A DNA stretch of 64,000 bases from the NCBI RefSeq assembly GCF_009914755.1, contig NC_060926.1. One strand, given 5' to 3'. Position 1 is the first letter of the stretch, and each line of letters begins with the position of its first letter. Position numbers and translations under genes: made by a program. This document shows, piece by piece, positions 48,654-62,298 of this stretch. Below the pieces are notes generated by a model that saw only the letters and a list, made by a program, of their open reading frames with translations, was not told the origin of the DNA and ran no database searches. Source of the stretch: the human T2T-CHM13v2.0 reference genome, Homo sapiens.

Positions 48654-48727
48654 AGGTGATCCTTCCATCTCAGCCTCTTGAGTACCTGGAACCAAAAGCG
48701 GACACCACCATGCCCAGCTAATTTTTT
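48654..48727 (-). mobile_element. Old Alu (J/FRAM-like) right-arm fragment
   Basis: 'gtgatccttccatctcagcctc...ccaccatgcccagctaatttt'. Confidence 0.7.
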
Positions 48728-49437
48728 TTATTATACTTTAAGTTCTGGGGTACATGTGCAGAATGTGCAGTTTTGTTACACAGGTATACACATGCCATGG
48801 TGGTTTGCTTTAAGTTCTGGGGTATATGTGCAGAACGTGCAGGTTTGTTACACAGGTACACGTGTGCCATGGTGGTTTGCTGCACCCATCAACCCATCAT
48901 CTACATTAGGTATCTCTCCTAATGCTATCCCTCCCTTTGCCCCCACCCCACAGCAGGCCCCAGTGTGTGATCTTCCCCTCCCTGTGTCCATGTGTTCTCA
49001 TTGTTCAACTCCCACTTATGAGTGAGAACATGTGGTTTTTGGTTTTCTGTTCTTGTGATAGTTTGCTGAGAATTATGATTTCCAGCTTCATCCATGTCTC
49101 TGCAAAGGATATGGTCTCATCTTTTTTATGGCTGCATAGTATTCCATGGTGTATATGTGCCACATTTTCTTCATCCAGTCTAACATTGATGGGCATTTGG
49201 GTTGGTTCCAAGTATCTGCTATTGTGAATATTGCTGCAATAAACATACATGTGCATGTGTCTTTATAGTAGAATAATTTATAATCCTCTGGGTATATATC
49301 CAGTAAAGGGATTGCTGGGTCAAATGGTATTTCTGGTTCTTGATCCTTGAGGAATCGCCATACTATCTTCCACAATGGTTGAACTAATTTACACTCCCAC
49401 CAAGAGTGTAAAAGGGTTCCTATTTCTTCACATTCTA
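48722..49437 (-). mobile_element. 5'-truncated L1PA7-like element with 72-bp tandem duplication in the 3'UTR
   Basis: L1PA 3'UTR plus ORF2 C-terminal peptides ([11 protein letters not shown]). Confidence 0.92.
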
Positions 49438-49479
49438 TACCAAAATATTAAAATTCCATCTATCCATCCCAGCACACAA

Positions 49480-52400
49480 AGAAAAACCCAGATTATTTTT
49501 AAGTTGTTACCCAACTACAATAATATTTTAAATTCCATAAAACACGAATTAGGTGAAGAGTGGGAATTCATGGAGTAGAAAGCTCTAGGAATCAGTTTCT
49601 CCATCAAAGTATCTATGTATCTAACAAGATCTGTCAAAATCAACTACTTTGGAAATCCATTAATAAATATACTTGCATCCAGGGAGGGCTTGATGAAGAA
49701 AGCAGCTGGTACATTTTGTTATGTTTTGGTGTTCTGCACAGCAACTACCAACCTCAGCTCCAGTAGCAGGCAGTGGTGAGACAGGAGCCTGTGTTGCATG
49801 TGGTTTTGTTCTGGCTTGCTGGTACCAAGGTGGGCAATAAGAACCTTGACCTCAAAAAATTAAAGTTGGGTCTTTGATCTTCCAAGTGGTTCACTGATGG
49901 ACTGATGCAGAGGCAAGCCAATGTTTCATCCCCGTGAAGTCAAAATGGATTCTTAGGCAGCATCTGTTGAAATAATTTAAAAAGACAGAGCACATTTTTG
50001 TTTGTTTCTGTTTTTTTTTTCAAATCCAAGAATTCAAGAAAATCTTTATGAGATCCCTGCATGACCACAGAGATAACTGACTAAAGATTTTAGTCACTAC
50101 ACCTTATGAAAAATACAGTCTTTGCTAAAACAATTTTAACTCACTAAACAAACAGCTGAATCCCTTAGTAAGTAACAAAAGCAACCCTGGGTGGGGAGAA
50201 CATCTAATTGCCAGGTTTACCAGTTATATGCTACTTAAGGTCTAATTCCCAGCAAGAAAATGTATGAAGCATACAAAGAAACAGAAAAGTATGGGCCATT
50301 TACTGAAAGAAATAAATAGAAAGTATCAACATGACTTAGTTGGATTTATGACAGGAATGAAAGAGTAGTTCAGCATCTAAGAGCCAATTAATGTGATATA
50401 CCATATGAACAGACTAAAGAAAATAATGACCATAAAAATAGACAAAGAAAAAGCATTTAACAAAATATGACACACTTTTATTATTAAATACCCTCAGCAA
50501 TCTAGGAATAGAAGGGGGATTCCTAAACATAAATGACATGTATTTAAAAACCCACACCCTAACTCCCTACATAGGCAAAAATTAACTCAAAATGGATTAG
50601 CAGCCTAAATATAAAAGCTAATATTATAAAACAACAGAAGAAAACATGTAGAAAATATGCCATTACAATATATTTTTAGTTGTGTTACCCAAAACATGAT
50701 CAATATAAGAACAAAAGATAACATAGCTGCACTCCCATATTTATTGCAACATTATTCACAATAGCTAAGATATGGAGGCAACCTAAATATCTATTGACAG
50801 AAGACTGGATAGACAGTATGTGTTATATACACATAATGGAATAGTATTCAGCTTAAGAAGAAATGGATACTGCCATGTACAGCAATATAAATGAACCTGG
50901 GGAACATTGTGCTATGTAAGATAAACCAGTCACAGAAGAACAGATGCCATATGATTCCACTTTTATGAGGTATCTAGAACAGTAAACTCATAAAAGTAGA
51001 CAGTAGAGCAGTAGTTGTCAGGCTGGGGAAAAGGGGAAATGTGGAGTGGAGTTATTATTAAATGGGCATAGGCTTTCAGTTATGCAAAATGAGTAAGTTC
51101 TAAAGAACTGTACAACATAGTGCCTATGTACACTGTATTGTGCACTTAAAATTTGTTAAAAAGTGGATCTCATGTTGTGTGCTTACCATAATAAAATAAT
51201 AATAAAAATAAATTAGATGCTATAACATTTTAAAAAGCACTTTTGTGCATCAAAGGACATTATTAAATAGGTAAGAAGAAAACCTACAGAATGGGAAAAG
51301 TAGTTACCATAAATCTAATAAGAGTTTAGAATCCAGAATATATAAAGAACTCTTACAACTGAACAACACAAAAGCAAACAACTTAATTTTAAAATTGGCA
51401 AAAGAAACAGACAACAAAAGAAAACAAAATGAGCGAATAGAATTACATAAAACTAAAAAGCTTCTGTACAGCAAAGGAAACAATAAACAAAATGAAGAGA
51501 AAACCTAAAGGATAACAGAATGTATATTCACACCATGCATCTGATAAGAACTTAATGTTGATATTATACAACAAATACAAACAATAGTAAGGAAAAAAAT
51601 GGATTAAAAACTGGGCAATTGACCTGTATAGACATTTCTCAAAAGACATACAAATGGCCAACAAGTATATGAAAACATGCTCAGCAGTACTAAACATCAA
51701 GGAGGTGCAAATTAAAACAATGAGCTATCACATCACACCTTTTAGAATGGCTATTATCAAAAAGAACAAGTGTGGGTGAGGATGTGAAGAAAAGGGAACT
51801 CTTGCACATTTTTTATGGGAATGTAAAATAATCCAGCCATTATTGAAAGCTATATGGGGATTCCTCAAAAAAGTAAAAATAAAACTACCATATGATTCAG
51901 AAATTATACTTACTGGGTATATCCAAAGGATATGATATAAATATATCAACGTGTTATCTACTCTCTCATATTCATTGTACTATTATTCACAATAGCTAAG
52001 ATATTAGTTGACCTAAGTTTTGATGAGTAGATAAATAAACAAGGAAATACAGTGTAAAAAGTAGTTAAAAATAGAATTTTCATTTACTCCAACAATTCCA
52101 CTCCTAGGTATATACCCAAGAGGAATGAAAACATATGCTCACATAGTTATTGGTACATGAGTGTTTATAGGAGCATCATTCATAATAATCAAAAGGTAGA
52201 AACAACCTAAATATTCATCAATGTTTAAATGAAAAGACAAATTTTGGTACATAATCAATACATTTGCTATATAATAGAATATTATTCCAACATAAAACAG
52301 AAGGAATTACTGATACACGTTACAACTTGGATGGACTTTGAAAGCATTACACTAAGTGAAAGAAACCAGACACAAAATGTCACATTAAATTATGATTGCT

Positions 52401-52635
52401 TTTATACAAAATATCCAGAATAAGCAAAACCCTAGAGTCAGAAAGATGATTAATGGTTGCCAGGCTGTGGGGGTAGTGGGAAATGGAAAGTGATTCTTGA
52501 CGGGTATGGAATGTTCTGAGGTGGTGAAAATATGTTGAAACCAGAGAGAGAGAGATGATGGTTACATAACATTGCAAATGCCCTAAACGCCACTGAATTA
52601 TACACTTTAAAATGGTTAGTTGTAAGTTATGTAAA
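49480..52635 (+). mobile_element. Cluster of nested old L1M fragments (an L1MA-like 3' end at ~50725-51215 inside an L1MB-like element ending ~52635)
   Basis: Several ORF2 C-terminal and 3'UTR motifs recur out of order. Confidence 0.7.
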
Positions 52636-52825
52636 CTTCATCTTCATAAAAAATAGAAAACACACAAATGTGAATTAAACACTTTCTCAGTCCTTCAATT
52701 TGAAGTTTTAGCCATCTTCTGGGAAAAAAAATGTGTTTTGAAAAATATGCTTACTTTTCTGAAATTATGAATTGAATCTGTAAATTTAATCCAGCTCTTA
52801 TTTTGGGGTTTATAAAGGTAACTCT

Positions 52826-53113
52826 GGCCAGGCACGATGGCTCACACCTGTAATCCCAGTACTTTAGGGGGCCGAAGCGGGTGGATCACCTGAGGTCGGG
52901 AGTTAGAGACCAGCCTGACCAACATGGAGAAACCTCGTCTCTACTAAAAATACGAAATTAGCTGGGTGTGGTGGTGCATGCCTGTAATCCCAGTTACTCG
53001 GGAGCCTGAGGCAGAAGAATTGCTTCCGGGAGGCGGAGGTTGTGGTAAACTGAGATTGCACCATTGCACTCCAGCCTGGGCAACAAGAGTGAAACTCCAT
53101 CTCAAAAAAAAAA
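52826..53113 (+). mobile_element. AluSp-like element
   Basis: 'gaggtcgggag' and 'cctgaccaacatggagaaacc' diagnostics. Degenerate TSD aaaggtaactct / aaaagtaaatct. Confidence 0.9.
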
Positions 53114-55439
53114 GTAAATCTACATCCAAGTTCATGATATAGGCATGATATAGGCATGTATTTCCTGAAAGTTTTTTCAACTAAGAGTTTATTATATTTA
53201 TATATATTGTTGATGGAATTTGAGAAATACATAGAAAGAAATAACTTCATTTAAAATTCCTGGGACTGGTTAGTAAAATCTTTCCTACCTTTCATATTCA
53301 AATACTCAGAATATTCATGACTTCCTTAGGTACCAAGAGCCAAGTTAATCTTATGTTAATTTTTCTATGATCAATTATTGAAATTGATGCAGCCTTAAAG
53401 ATGACTCTCATTCACTGACTTACATCTATTTGAGGGTTAATGTAAGTGATCTGTTTAATGCTATTTTCTGAAATGTCTTCATGTGCAGTCTCAGGCTTCT
53501 TCTCAGATATGCTATGGCCCTTTAGGGAGTTACTAGATCTATGCAAAATGAGCATGAAGCTATTGCTCTGTCTTGTTGGCCTGCAGGGAGTTTAAGAATG
53601 AATACCAGGTGCATCCTGTGCTTAAGTTTTTGAGTACTGCCTCTCTTTCTTTGCAACAATATGACAAACTTGAAATGTAAAGCATTTTATGACAGATACT
53701 GACAGAAATCAAGGATTCTTTCTGAAGAAAAATAGAGTGAAAAGAAAGAATTTACAATGGATAGCTGAGCTGCATTGGGGAAGAGAATGATAGGCTTGAC
53801 CTTGATTATTTTTTTTCCATAGAATTTCCCACACCTAAGTACCTTTTCCTCAAGATTGTTTCAGGAGAGTCTAGTATTCATGACATAACACATGTCAGGG
53901 CAAGGTCACACATAGCAGGATGTTTCAAGAACCACCAATGAACTGGGGAATATAGATTTTAATATCAACAGGTTCAAGGTGCTGACAGATTGGACACACT
54001 TGCTAAGACATCTGATCCCACAGGAAAAATGTGTTTCAGAAATTGATAGCTGATCTGACTGTTGTAGTGTATTGGGAAAAACAAAGGAAAAGAATGTGTT
54101 AAGCCTGAATAAACTTGCAGTTTTCTGATTAAATTTTGTGATTCTGCTAGATTTTAATGGCTCAAAAATTGAAAACTAAAACAAAAAAGCAAAATATTTT
54201 CGTGGAAACTTGTTTCATTTTTGCGGGGAAGCTGCTGACATGGAAATAGAACTACACAAATGTATTAGTTGAGATTTGGTTCTATGAAAAATAAAACAAA
54301 TCTAGTTAGATATGCTAAAACAGATATAACAGAAAAATTGATATTTCCACCATTATGTCCAACAATGGTGTCAGTGTCACCATAACAAAGAAAAGACAGT
54401 GACAAAATACATTGATTGTTCTCTTTAATGTAGTAAAATTCTTAAATCAGATAATATGTGCCTCTTACTAGATTTTCCAGCATGCCTGAGGATGTTTCTA
54501 ATAGAAAGACTGCATCCAAACCAGCAAAGATGAGAGCTTGTCTGTCACTGGGAATTAGTGCTAATACCAGGTTTCAAGTGAGGGATTGATTAACTCACAA
54601 GAGAAAGGAAGCTACTTTTAGAACATATGACAAGATATTTTAGAATTTTCTTTGCGTCTTTCTGTTCAAAAGCTAAATATATTTCTTTTTCTTCTTTCTT
54701 CAGAACTTGCAAAAATCCACAAATACAAACACATTATAGTAACAACTTACGAATAGGGTTTTAACAAAGTCAAATTACAAAGTATTAGACATTTTTTTCA
54801 AGCACTATACAATTTGCCCTTTTGCCTTTTATAAATGTAGATATGTGTGCATATATATATATACATATAAATACATATAAATACACAAACACATAAATAT
54901 AAATTTAAATATATGATAAATTTTATTTAGAATGAATAAAATGAAAACATTTTAAACTAAAATATATGATTCCATCATATCTTGGTTTTAGGACAAAATG
55001 TTTCAAGGTATGATTTTAAACTTCATAGAAGGTTTCAATAGCAAAATAAATATATAAAATAAAAATCTTTGAACATTGTTGGTATGTGATCAAGTACTAT
55101 ATTTATTAAATCAATCATCTTAGCAAAGTGCATGATTCAAAGATACTATTGCCTGGGCCATTCTGCTGTGCTTGTTAAAAAATTAAAAGAAACCTTAATA
55201 TTTGCTTTTAGCTTACTGATTTTGGTTTTAAGTTATATATAGACAAGGTCATCATTTTTATTTAACTCACTAGAATTTTATAAGGGCAAATATTGCCTTA
55301 ACTACCATATAAATACTTATTTCCAAAGTGTGCTTGCCCAATCCCAACCTTATTCTAATTGTTTGCACCCCTCCATGCTTGAACCCAGAATTGTTACAAG
55401 AAATATGCAGTGTGTAAACGTGTGTATACTGATAGTTAA

Positions 55440-55940
<501 letters not shown>

Positions 55941-56272
55941 TAAAAAATATGTTACATGAAACTACAGAGAAGAGACCATTTTCAACTTCAAAATAATGAG
56001 TGCAAAACAAACAATTTCCTTTTTTAACCTATTGGCAGATTTGCAACATCACTTTGGAGCTACATACAAAGCCTTTATTTTAAAATATTGGAAAGCATTT
56101 TCACAAAGTTTTTAAAAACATGTTTTATTTCTACATTTCTTTCCTCTTTGCATTGTCCTTTGCTCTTCCTTGTTTGCCTTGATGTTACTTTCCTATTTCA
56201 TTTGTTTTTCTGTCTCTCCAGAAAAACATTTTACTTCGGAAAAGGGAAGTTAAAATAATTGTATTTAGTAAG

Positions 56273-56630
56273 TGTTATGAACTACATGATTGTAGCCCCA
56301 AAATTCAAATGTTGAAGCCCTAACCCCCACTTCAATGAGATGATATTAAGAAGTGGGACCTTTGGGAGGCAATTAAGTTTAGAGAAGTTTATGAGGGTTG
56401 GGCTGCCATGGTGGGACTTGTGTCCTAGACTAGCACTCTCTCTTCTCCCCTTGAAGATACAGGGAGAAGGCCGCCATCTGTTAGCCAGAAGTAGGGCTAT
56501 TACCAAGAGCCCAACCATGCTGGCACCCAAATGTTGGACTTGCAGCCTCTAGAATTGTAGGAAATAAATCATCGTTTAAGCCACCTAGTTTATGGTATTC
56601 TGTTATAGCAGCTGAAAATGACTAAGAGAA
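56273..56630 (+). mobile_element. MLT1A/MST MaLR LTR
   Basis: 'ccaaaattcaaatgttgaagccctaacccc...gccacctagtttatggtattctgttatagcag'. Confidence 0.85.
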
Positions 56631-56901
56631 CAAGGTATAAGGGTCCATATATGAGGTTTAAATATATACTGAATATAGCCTTATGTAAAGTTTATAAATA
56701 CATCTAGAGAAAATGTGTTTATAAAACCAGTAGCTGGGCTTTATATCTTCGATAATAAAAATACATGTTCAGAGCTGTTTGGCCCCACGTTTTCCTGCCC
56801 TGGAGGTTGTGTCTTCACATGATGCAGAAAGCAGTGGCTCTGCATCACCCCTAGACAAAGACAGTAGCAGCCCCAGATCTACAGAAAATGCACAGATATT
56901 G

Positions 56902-56972
56902 TTAGGTTTGTGCAAAAGTAATTGTGGTTTTTGCCACTGAAAGCAATGACAATTACTTTTCCACCAACCTAA
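56902..56972. mobile_element. MADE1 mariner MITE with internal deletion
   Basis: ttaggtttgtgcaaaagtaattg ... caattacttttccaccaacctaa inverted termini; 71 bp vs ~80-bp consensus. Confidence 0.9.
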
Positions 56973-57049
56973 AACATTATTATTCCTGTTCTTTATTTTT
57001 TGGACTTATTCAGTGTTCAACATGGGATACTCTGTGGTGTTAGAGCTGC

Positions 57050-58290
57050 AGGAATGCTCCTCCAGCTATGGCACATTTGGCAAAGTGTATGGCAACACCT
57101 TCCTTCAGTGGAAAGGGCCACTCTTGAAGAACATAACACCTTGAAGAAGCAGGTGTTCCTTATGAACTCCTCCATGCTGGAAATCAAAGATGTGAGTGTC
57201 GGTTTCACTGTCTTCTGTGTATCCAGCTGTCTTAAGAACAGCTTGCCATCCTGGAAGAGTTCCAGTTCTTTGCAAATGACAGTGCAAGTCTTTTCCTTTT
57301 TCTAATCGATGGCTTCCTCAAATACCTGAGTGCTGTTCTCTGTTTGCATTTAATTTGATAAATGATGTTGACACCCTCCATTGAATTCTAAGTGGAATAA
57401 TATCAGGAAGAGACACAAGTCTTGTGTTATGTATTCTCAAATTAGACTGGGAATGTCTTCAAATGACCTAAATAGGATGCTTTGATTCCCAGATACTTGT
57501 ATACTGACCATCTATACCAATATATTCAGCCTTGCCTTTGGTCAGGATGTTCACCTTCTGATTCATCACCACTCTCTGCCTCACATTTTAATTGCACTGG
57601 TTACTTAAGGATTGTTGTTTGTAGTACCTTATTATGGCTGTATCATGACTATACCAGTAACCTCAGCACTGGACACAGAAATGGAAATATAAAGTATATG
57701 CTGGGGTTTGCTATTGTATCTACAATTACCAGTCAGTTCTACTTGTCTTGATTTTTTTCCTCAGAAAGAGAATAAAATGGCAGGCAATAATAAATTATTT
57801 AAAAGTCTAAAATGAAAATCAGCCAAATGGAATATAAATGTCTTTCAGACATTCTATATACCTGGTGATACCATTTAATTGGCCTCATGTAAACTAGCTT
57901 ATTCATTCTTTTGTGCCAGTAAATAGCTGTAACTGGGGCAATGGCTACTTGTTACTTCAACAAAAATTAAAAAGCCCTCCTGATCATCCAATTCTTTCAT
58001 CTCTCTTAATTATTTTTTCTACTACTGTTGTAAAAGGGTAATTTCTAATCACTGGGGTGAGAATTCCAAGCATCATTTTCACATATACTTATAACACTCT
58101 GAGAGAGAAGCACAGAGTGCTTGTACGTTTAGACGCTGCTTCTGCTGAATTCTATGTGTTAACAAATGCTTGCCCCATTTCAACCAGAAAGCATAGCTTA
58201 CAACTGCCATTAATGAGACAGGCATTTGTACATTAACAAAAGATGCACTCAAAATCTTATCCAAGAATTCAAGTCATTTCACGCCTGTCA
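57050..58290 (-). mobile_element. Putative ancient non-LTR retrotransposon RT relic (R4/Dong-like)
   Basis: Ordered degenerate motifs on minus: DKILS (~58255), NKLVYMRPIKWY (57868-57903), YKYLGI (57484-57501), KLNAN (57342-57356), LRQLD (57221-57235), RVALSTEGR (57098-57124). Confidence 0.45.
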
Positions 58291-58792
58291 ACTGCATTGG
58301 AGTCTTCATAATTTTTCTAAGAAAGATGTTAATGGTAGGTGTCACTGTTTTGGGATGACTAATGACATTTAACTATAACTGTGTGCTCCAGCTATGCGCA
58401 ATCCCTTTGTGGTAGGTAGCTTTTTTTTCTTTTTCTTTTTCTTTTTTTTTGCCTACTTAGTAGCCCATCTTTTTTTTTTAATCTGTATTTAAATCTGCGC
58501 TGGGTGCACTTTCCCTGTGTTTTGCTGTTGATCAGAAAACAAATGATGGATCCTCAGTAACATTCTACTTCAAAGACTGAAAGTTGTTGAATTTTGTAAA
58601 AAGGAGCAACAAATATAATGATTCTAGACAACAGAGAGACAAGAGCCCCTTAAGGAAAGAAAAGGGAATAGAAGTGTGGCACATTGTGAGACAGATATCT
58701 ACTTGACGTTTGTGCCAGGAAGAAAGTTTTCTTCTTCTGAGAGTCATTTACAAAATAATGATAAAACCAGTTGGAGGAAGGAAGGAAGGAAA

Positions 58793-58887
58793 GAAGGAGG
58801 GAAGGAAGGAAGGAAGGAAGGATGGAAAGAAGGGAGGGAGGGAGGGAAGAAAGAAGGAAGGAAGGAGAGAGAAAAAGAAAAGAGGAA
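58793..58887. repeat. (GGAA)n-type polypurine microsatellite
   Basis: Directly visible. Confidence 0.9.
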
Positions 58888-59589
58888 CTAACAAATGTAT
58901 TTCTCTATTTCTTAACCTACTGTCTCTCTGCTTCCTAAATAGTAACCAGAAGTAATGGTAAATCAACATATCAAAATAGCCTTATTGCTAATGCTGACTT
59001 CCAAAACTGTGAAGTCTCTTAGCACCTTTCTCCTATGTTTTTCAATTTACTAATATATTCATCTGACCATTTTTTCTTATGTTTCTGAACTGTTAGTGAC
59101 ATCTCTTAACTGGCTTTTATTCTATCCGATTCTCTTGGAGGAAAGAGAAAGAAGACACAAATCAGAAGATTGACCCAGTCATATTTAACTAACTGTCCTT
59201 AGACTGGCACCTAAATACCTAATAGTCTTAAGAAAATTTTTTATGTTTTGTGGCAAATGTCCATAAATAGTTGTTGAATGAAATCATCCAATATTAGAGC
59301 AACAAAAGTTTTTACTATTTACTAAATAAACTATTTCGTTTATTTTACTTGTTTATATATAATGTATTTTTATTTTGAATGCAAAACAGGAAGTGCAGTA
59401 CTTCATTTTATCTAAATTTAGAAACTCCAAAAATATGTCTCGTAAAAAACCAGAAGTGCCATAAATATTTTGTTAATTGGAATAAAATAATTTTTAATGT
59501 TTCTGTGAACCTATTAATCAGAAATATATAAATTAACTTTTTAAAAAATCATCATACTTTTAAAATTTTAAATTTTTAATTAGTTGGAC

Positions 59590-59940
59590 ATAGCCATAAA
59601 AAAAAAAACAAAAACATGTTTTTTGCAGCAACATGGATGGAGCTGAGGCCATTTTCCTAAGTGAAGTAACTCAGAAACATAAAATCAAATAGCACATTTT
59701 TTTACTTACAAGTAGGAGCTAAACAATGGGTACACATGGATTTACAGATGGGAATAATAGACACTGGGAGTCCCAAAGGGGGACGGTGGAAAGAAGGTGA
59801 GAGCTGAAAAATGACCTATTGGGTACAATGTTTACTTTTCAGGTGATGAGTACACTAGAAACCCAAAGCCCACCACTATACCAAAAACTCTACGTAAAAA
59901 ACCTGCACATTTACCCTCTGAAATGTACCCTATTAAAATA
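59590..59940 (+). mobile_element. L1PB-like 3' fragment
   Basis: 'ttttgcagcaacatggatggagctgaggccatt...acctattgggtacaatgt...aaacctgcacat'. Confidence 0.8.
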
Positions 59941-60113
59941 TATATTGTTAGTTGAAAATAATGATAATTTTTATAACAAAAGAGTTATAGTTTTAGACAA
60001 AGAACATTTGTTGTGATATTTGTTCATTATTTCCGCCTAAAGATTACTTACATTACTTCATAGTCACATTAAAGAAAGCATCCTTAAATAGTAACAGATC
60101 ATCTGAAATTTCA

Positions 60114-60459
60114 AGATAGAGAGATAGATAGATATAGATAGTAGATATATATACAGATATAGATATAGATATATTTTTCTGAGATGGAGACTTGCTCTGT
60201 CACCTAGGCTGGAGTGCAGTGGCGCAATCTCGGCCCACTTCAACCTCCACCTCCCACATTCAAGCTATTCTCCTGCCTCAACCTCTTGAGTAGCTGGGAT
60301 TACAGGCATGCGCCACCATGCCCAACTAATTTTTGGATTTTTAGTGGAAACAAGGTATCACCATGTTGGCAGGTTGGTCTCGAACTCCTGACCTCGTAAT
60401 CTGCCTGCCTCAGCCTCCCAAAGTGCTGGGATTACAGGCATGAGCCACCAGGCCTGGCC
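60114..60459 (-). mobile_element. AluS element whose tail has become a (GATA/GATATA) microsatellite
   Basis: Reverse Alu at 60174-60459; repeat at 60114-60173. Confidence 0.9.
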
Positions 60460-61999
60460 TATTTTTACCCATGTAGTTATTGCACCTCTAGTTCATAAAA
60501 AATAAGTAAATACAATAAATAAATAATTGCAACAAATATCTTCTTAACCCTAAAGATAGATGTACTCACTTTTATGTTGGTAGCTATTAAAACTTATACA
60601 TTAATCTTTTATTTCAGGAACGAATTTGAGATACACTATACATAAATTCTAAATTTAAATATATATGTAGATTTCTAAAAAATAAGCAATATTAAGCTAT
60701 CCTTATGTCTAAAAAATCTTTCAATTCAAAATATTATTTTGTTCCCTGTGACTCATTATAGATCATTCCTGACCCATAAAGTGCAGCATCTTCTAAATAA
60801 AGGCCTTGCTCTATTTATATATTAGACAAATATTTAGCACAAGCAGATTGAGATTGTAGATGTTGGCAGCACCTGCCATGAAAAATTTTATGTATCACTA
60901 GACTAATTTATTTATGTTACATCCTTTTCTGAATGCTAGGGCTTAAGAGATATGGGGAATATAAAAGCCTCAAAAGAATACCACAAATGTAAATGCAGAT
61001 TTGAGGCATTTATTTTTATTTTAAATAACAAACTATTTATTGGACTTCTAAAATGTTGTAAAAATAATCCAGGGAAAATGGAATTATTCCACCTGGGGAG
61101 TTCATTAAGGGCTTTTGTTGTTAATGTGTCTCCTTGCAAGCTCACATGCAAGCCTCAGAATTAAAAAAACATTAATACTATCACATTTGTATTCTATGAG
61201 ACAGTAAAGCAGTAAAGCAGTAAAGCTTTAATCTAGCTTTCTGAAAGAAAAATATTGCTTGTTTATTAAAACATAAAGAAGAAACATGAAACTATGTTTT
61301 ACACCAAAAGAAAATATATATATAAAGACTGAGAAACTTGTGTTAGTTCAAGTGCAGCATATTGAAATTACATTCTGGCCCATCACCAAGGTTCATTGGT
61401 CTTTCTCCTAAGACAAAGTCTAATTTGCTGTTTTAGAAAGTATTTTTCTATTTATGCATCTCTTTGTTATAGAGTCCAAACAATATTTACAGGACAGTTT
61501 TCACTTGTCTCAATTTTAAAATCAGCTTTTAAATCTCTGGTCATGCATTTTCAAAGTAATGACTAAAGAAGCACGTAAATGGTGCCATAATTTATTAATA
61601 CAATTAATGGAATCTAAATATCAGAATCAATGGAAATATAAGACAGCTAAAGACCAATGAACCACAAAAGCATGTAGAGCTTGTTGGAGGATACTTCTCT
61701 CCACATACATTGCTTAGCAGCAACTCTTTCCTGAGGCTGATGTTAACTCTAGGAAGCAATTAATATTGAAGCCCCTGAAAAAATGAAAGAGAAGGCAATG
61801 CATCATGTCTGGAAAAAAATGCCCATTTTTTAAAGGTGCCTAGTGGGATTCACACTTTACTCTAGAGGTGGAGGAATTTTAAAACAACCATCGGTCCTAT
61901 AAACAGAAGTTTCCACATACATACAAGACGCTTCAAAAATGATTTTTAAAATGCACAGCAGCATGTGTCATTAGTTTAATTCTTATTCTATTTCATGTA

Positions 62000-62298
62000 T
62001 TTATTTTTTAACTCTTTTTTTTAGGTTCAAGGGTACATGTGCAGGTTTGTCTTATAGGTAAACTGTGTGTCACAGAGGTTTGGTGTAGAAAAAATTTCAT
62101 CACCCAGGTAATAAATATAGTACCCAACAGGTATTTTTCTTCTGATCCTCTCCCTCTTTTCACCCTTCACCCTCAAGCAGGCTCCAATGACAGTTGTCCC
62201 CCTCCTAGTATTCATGTGGTGTTGCTGTTTAGCTCCCACTTAAAAGTGAACACATGGTGCTAGAGGCCATTATCGTAAGCAAACACCAGAACAGAAAA
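62000..62298 (-). mobile_element. Short older L1PA (~PA13-16) insertion with 5' inversion
   Basis: Minus-strand 3'UTR at 62000-62259, followed by the adjacent L1 segment in plus orientation at 62259-62298. Confidence 0.8.

Noticed and set aside
57000-57305. Processed pseudogene or plus-strand 101-aa gene
   Set aside because: No recognisable parent, polyA or TSD; the minus-strand RT-like motifs explain it better.
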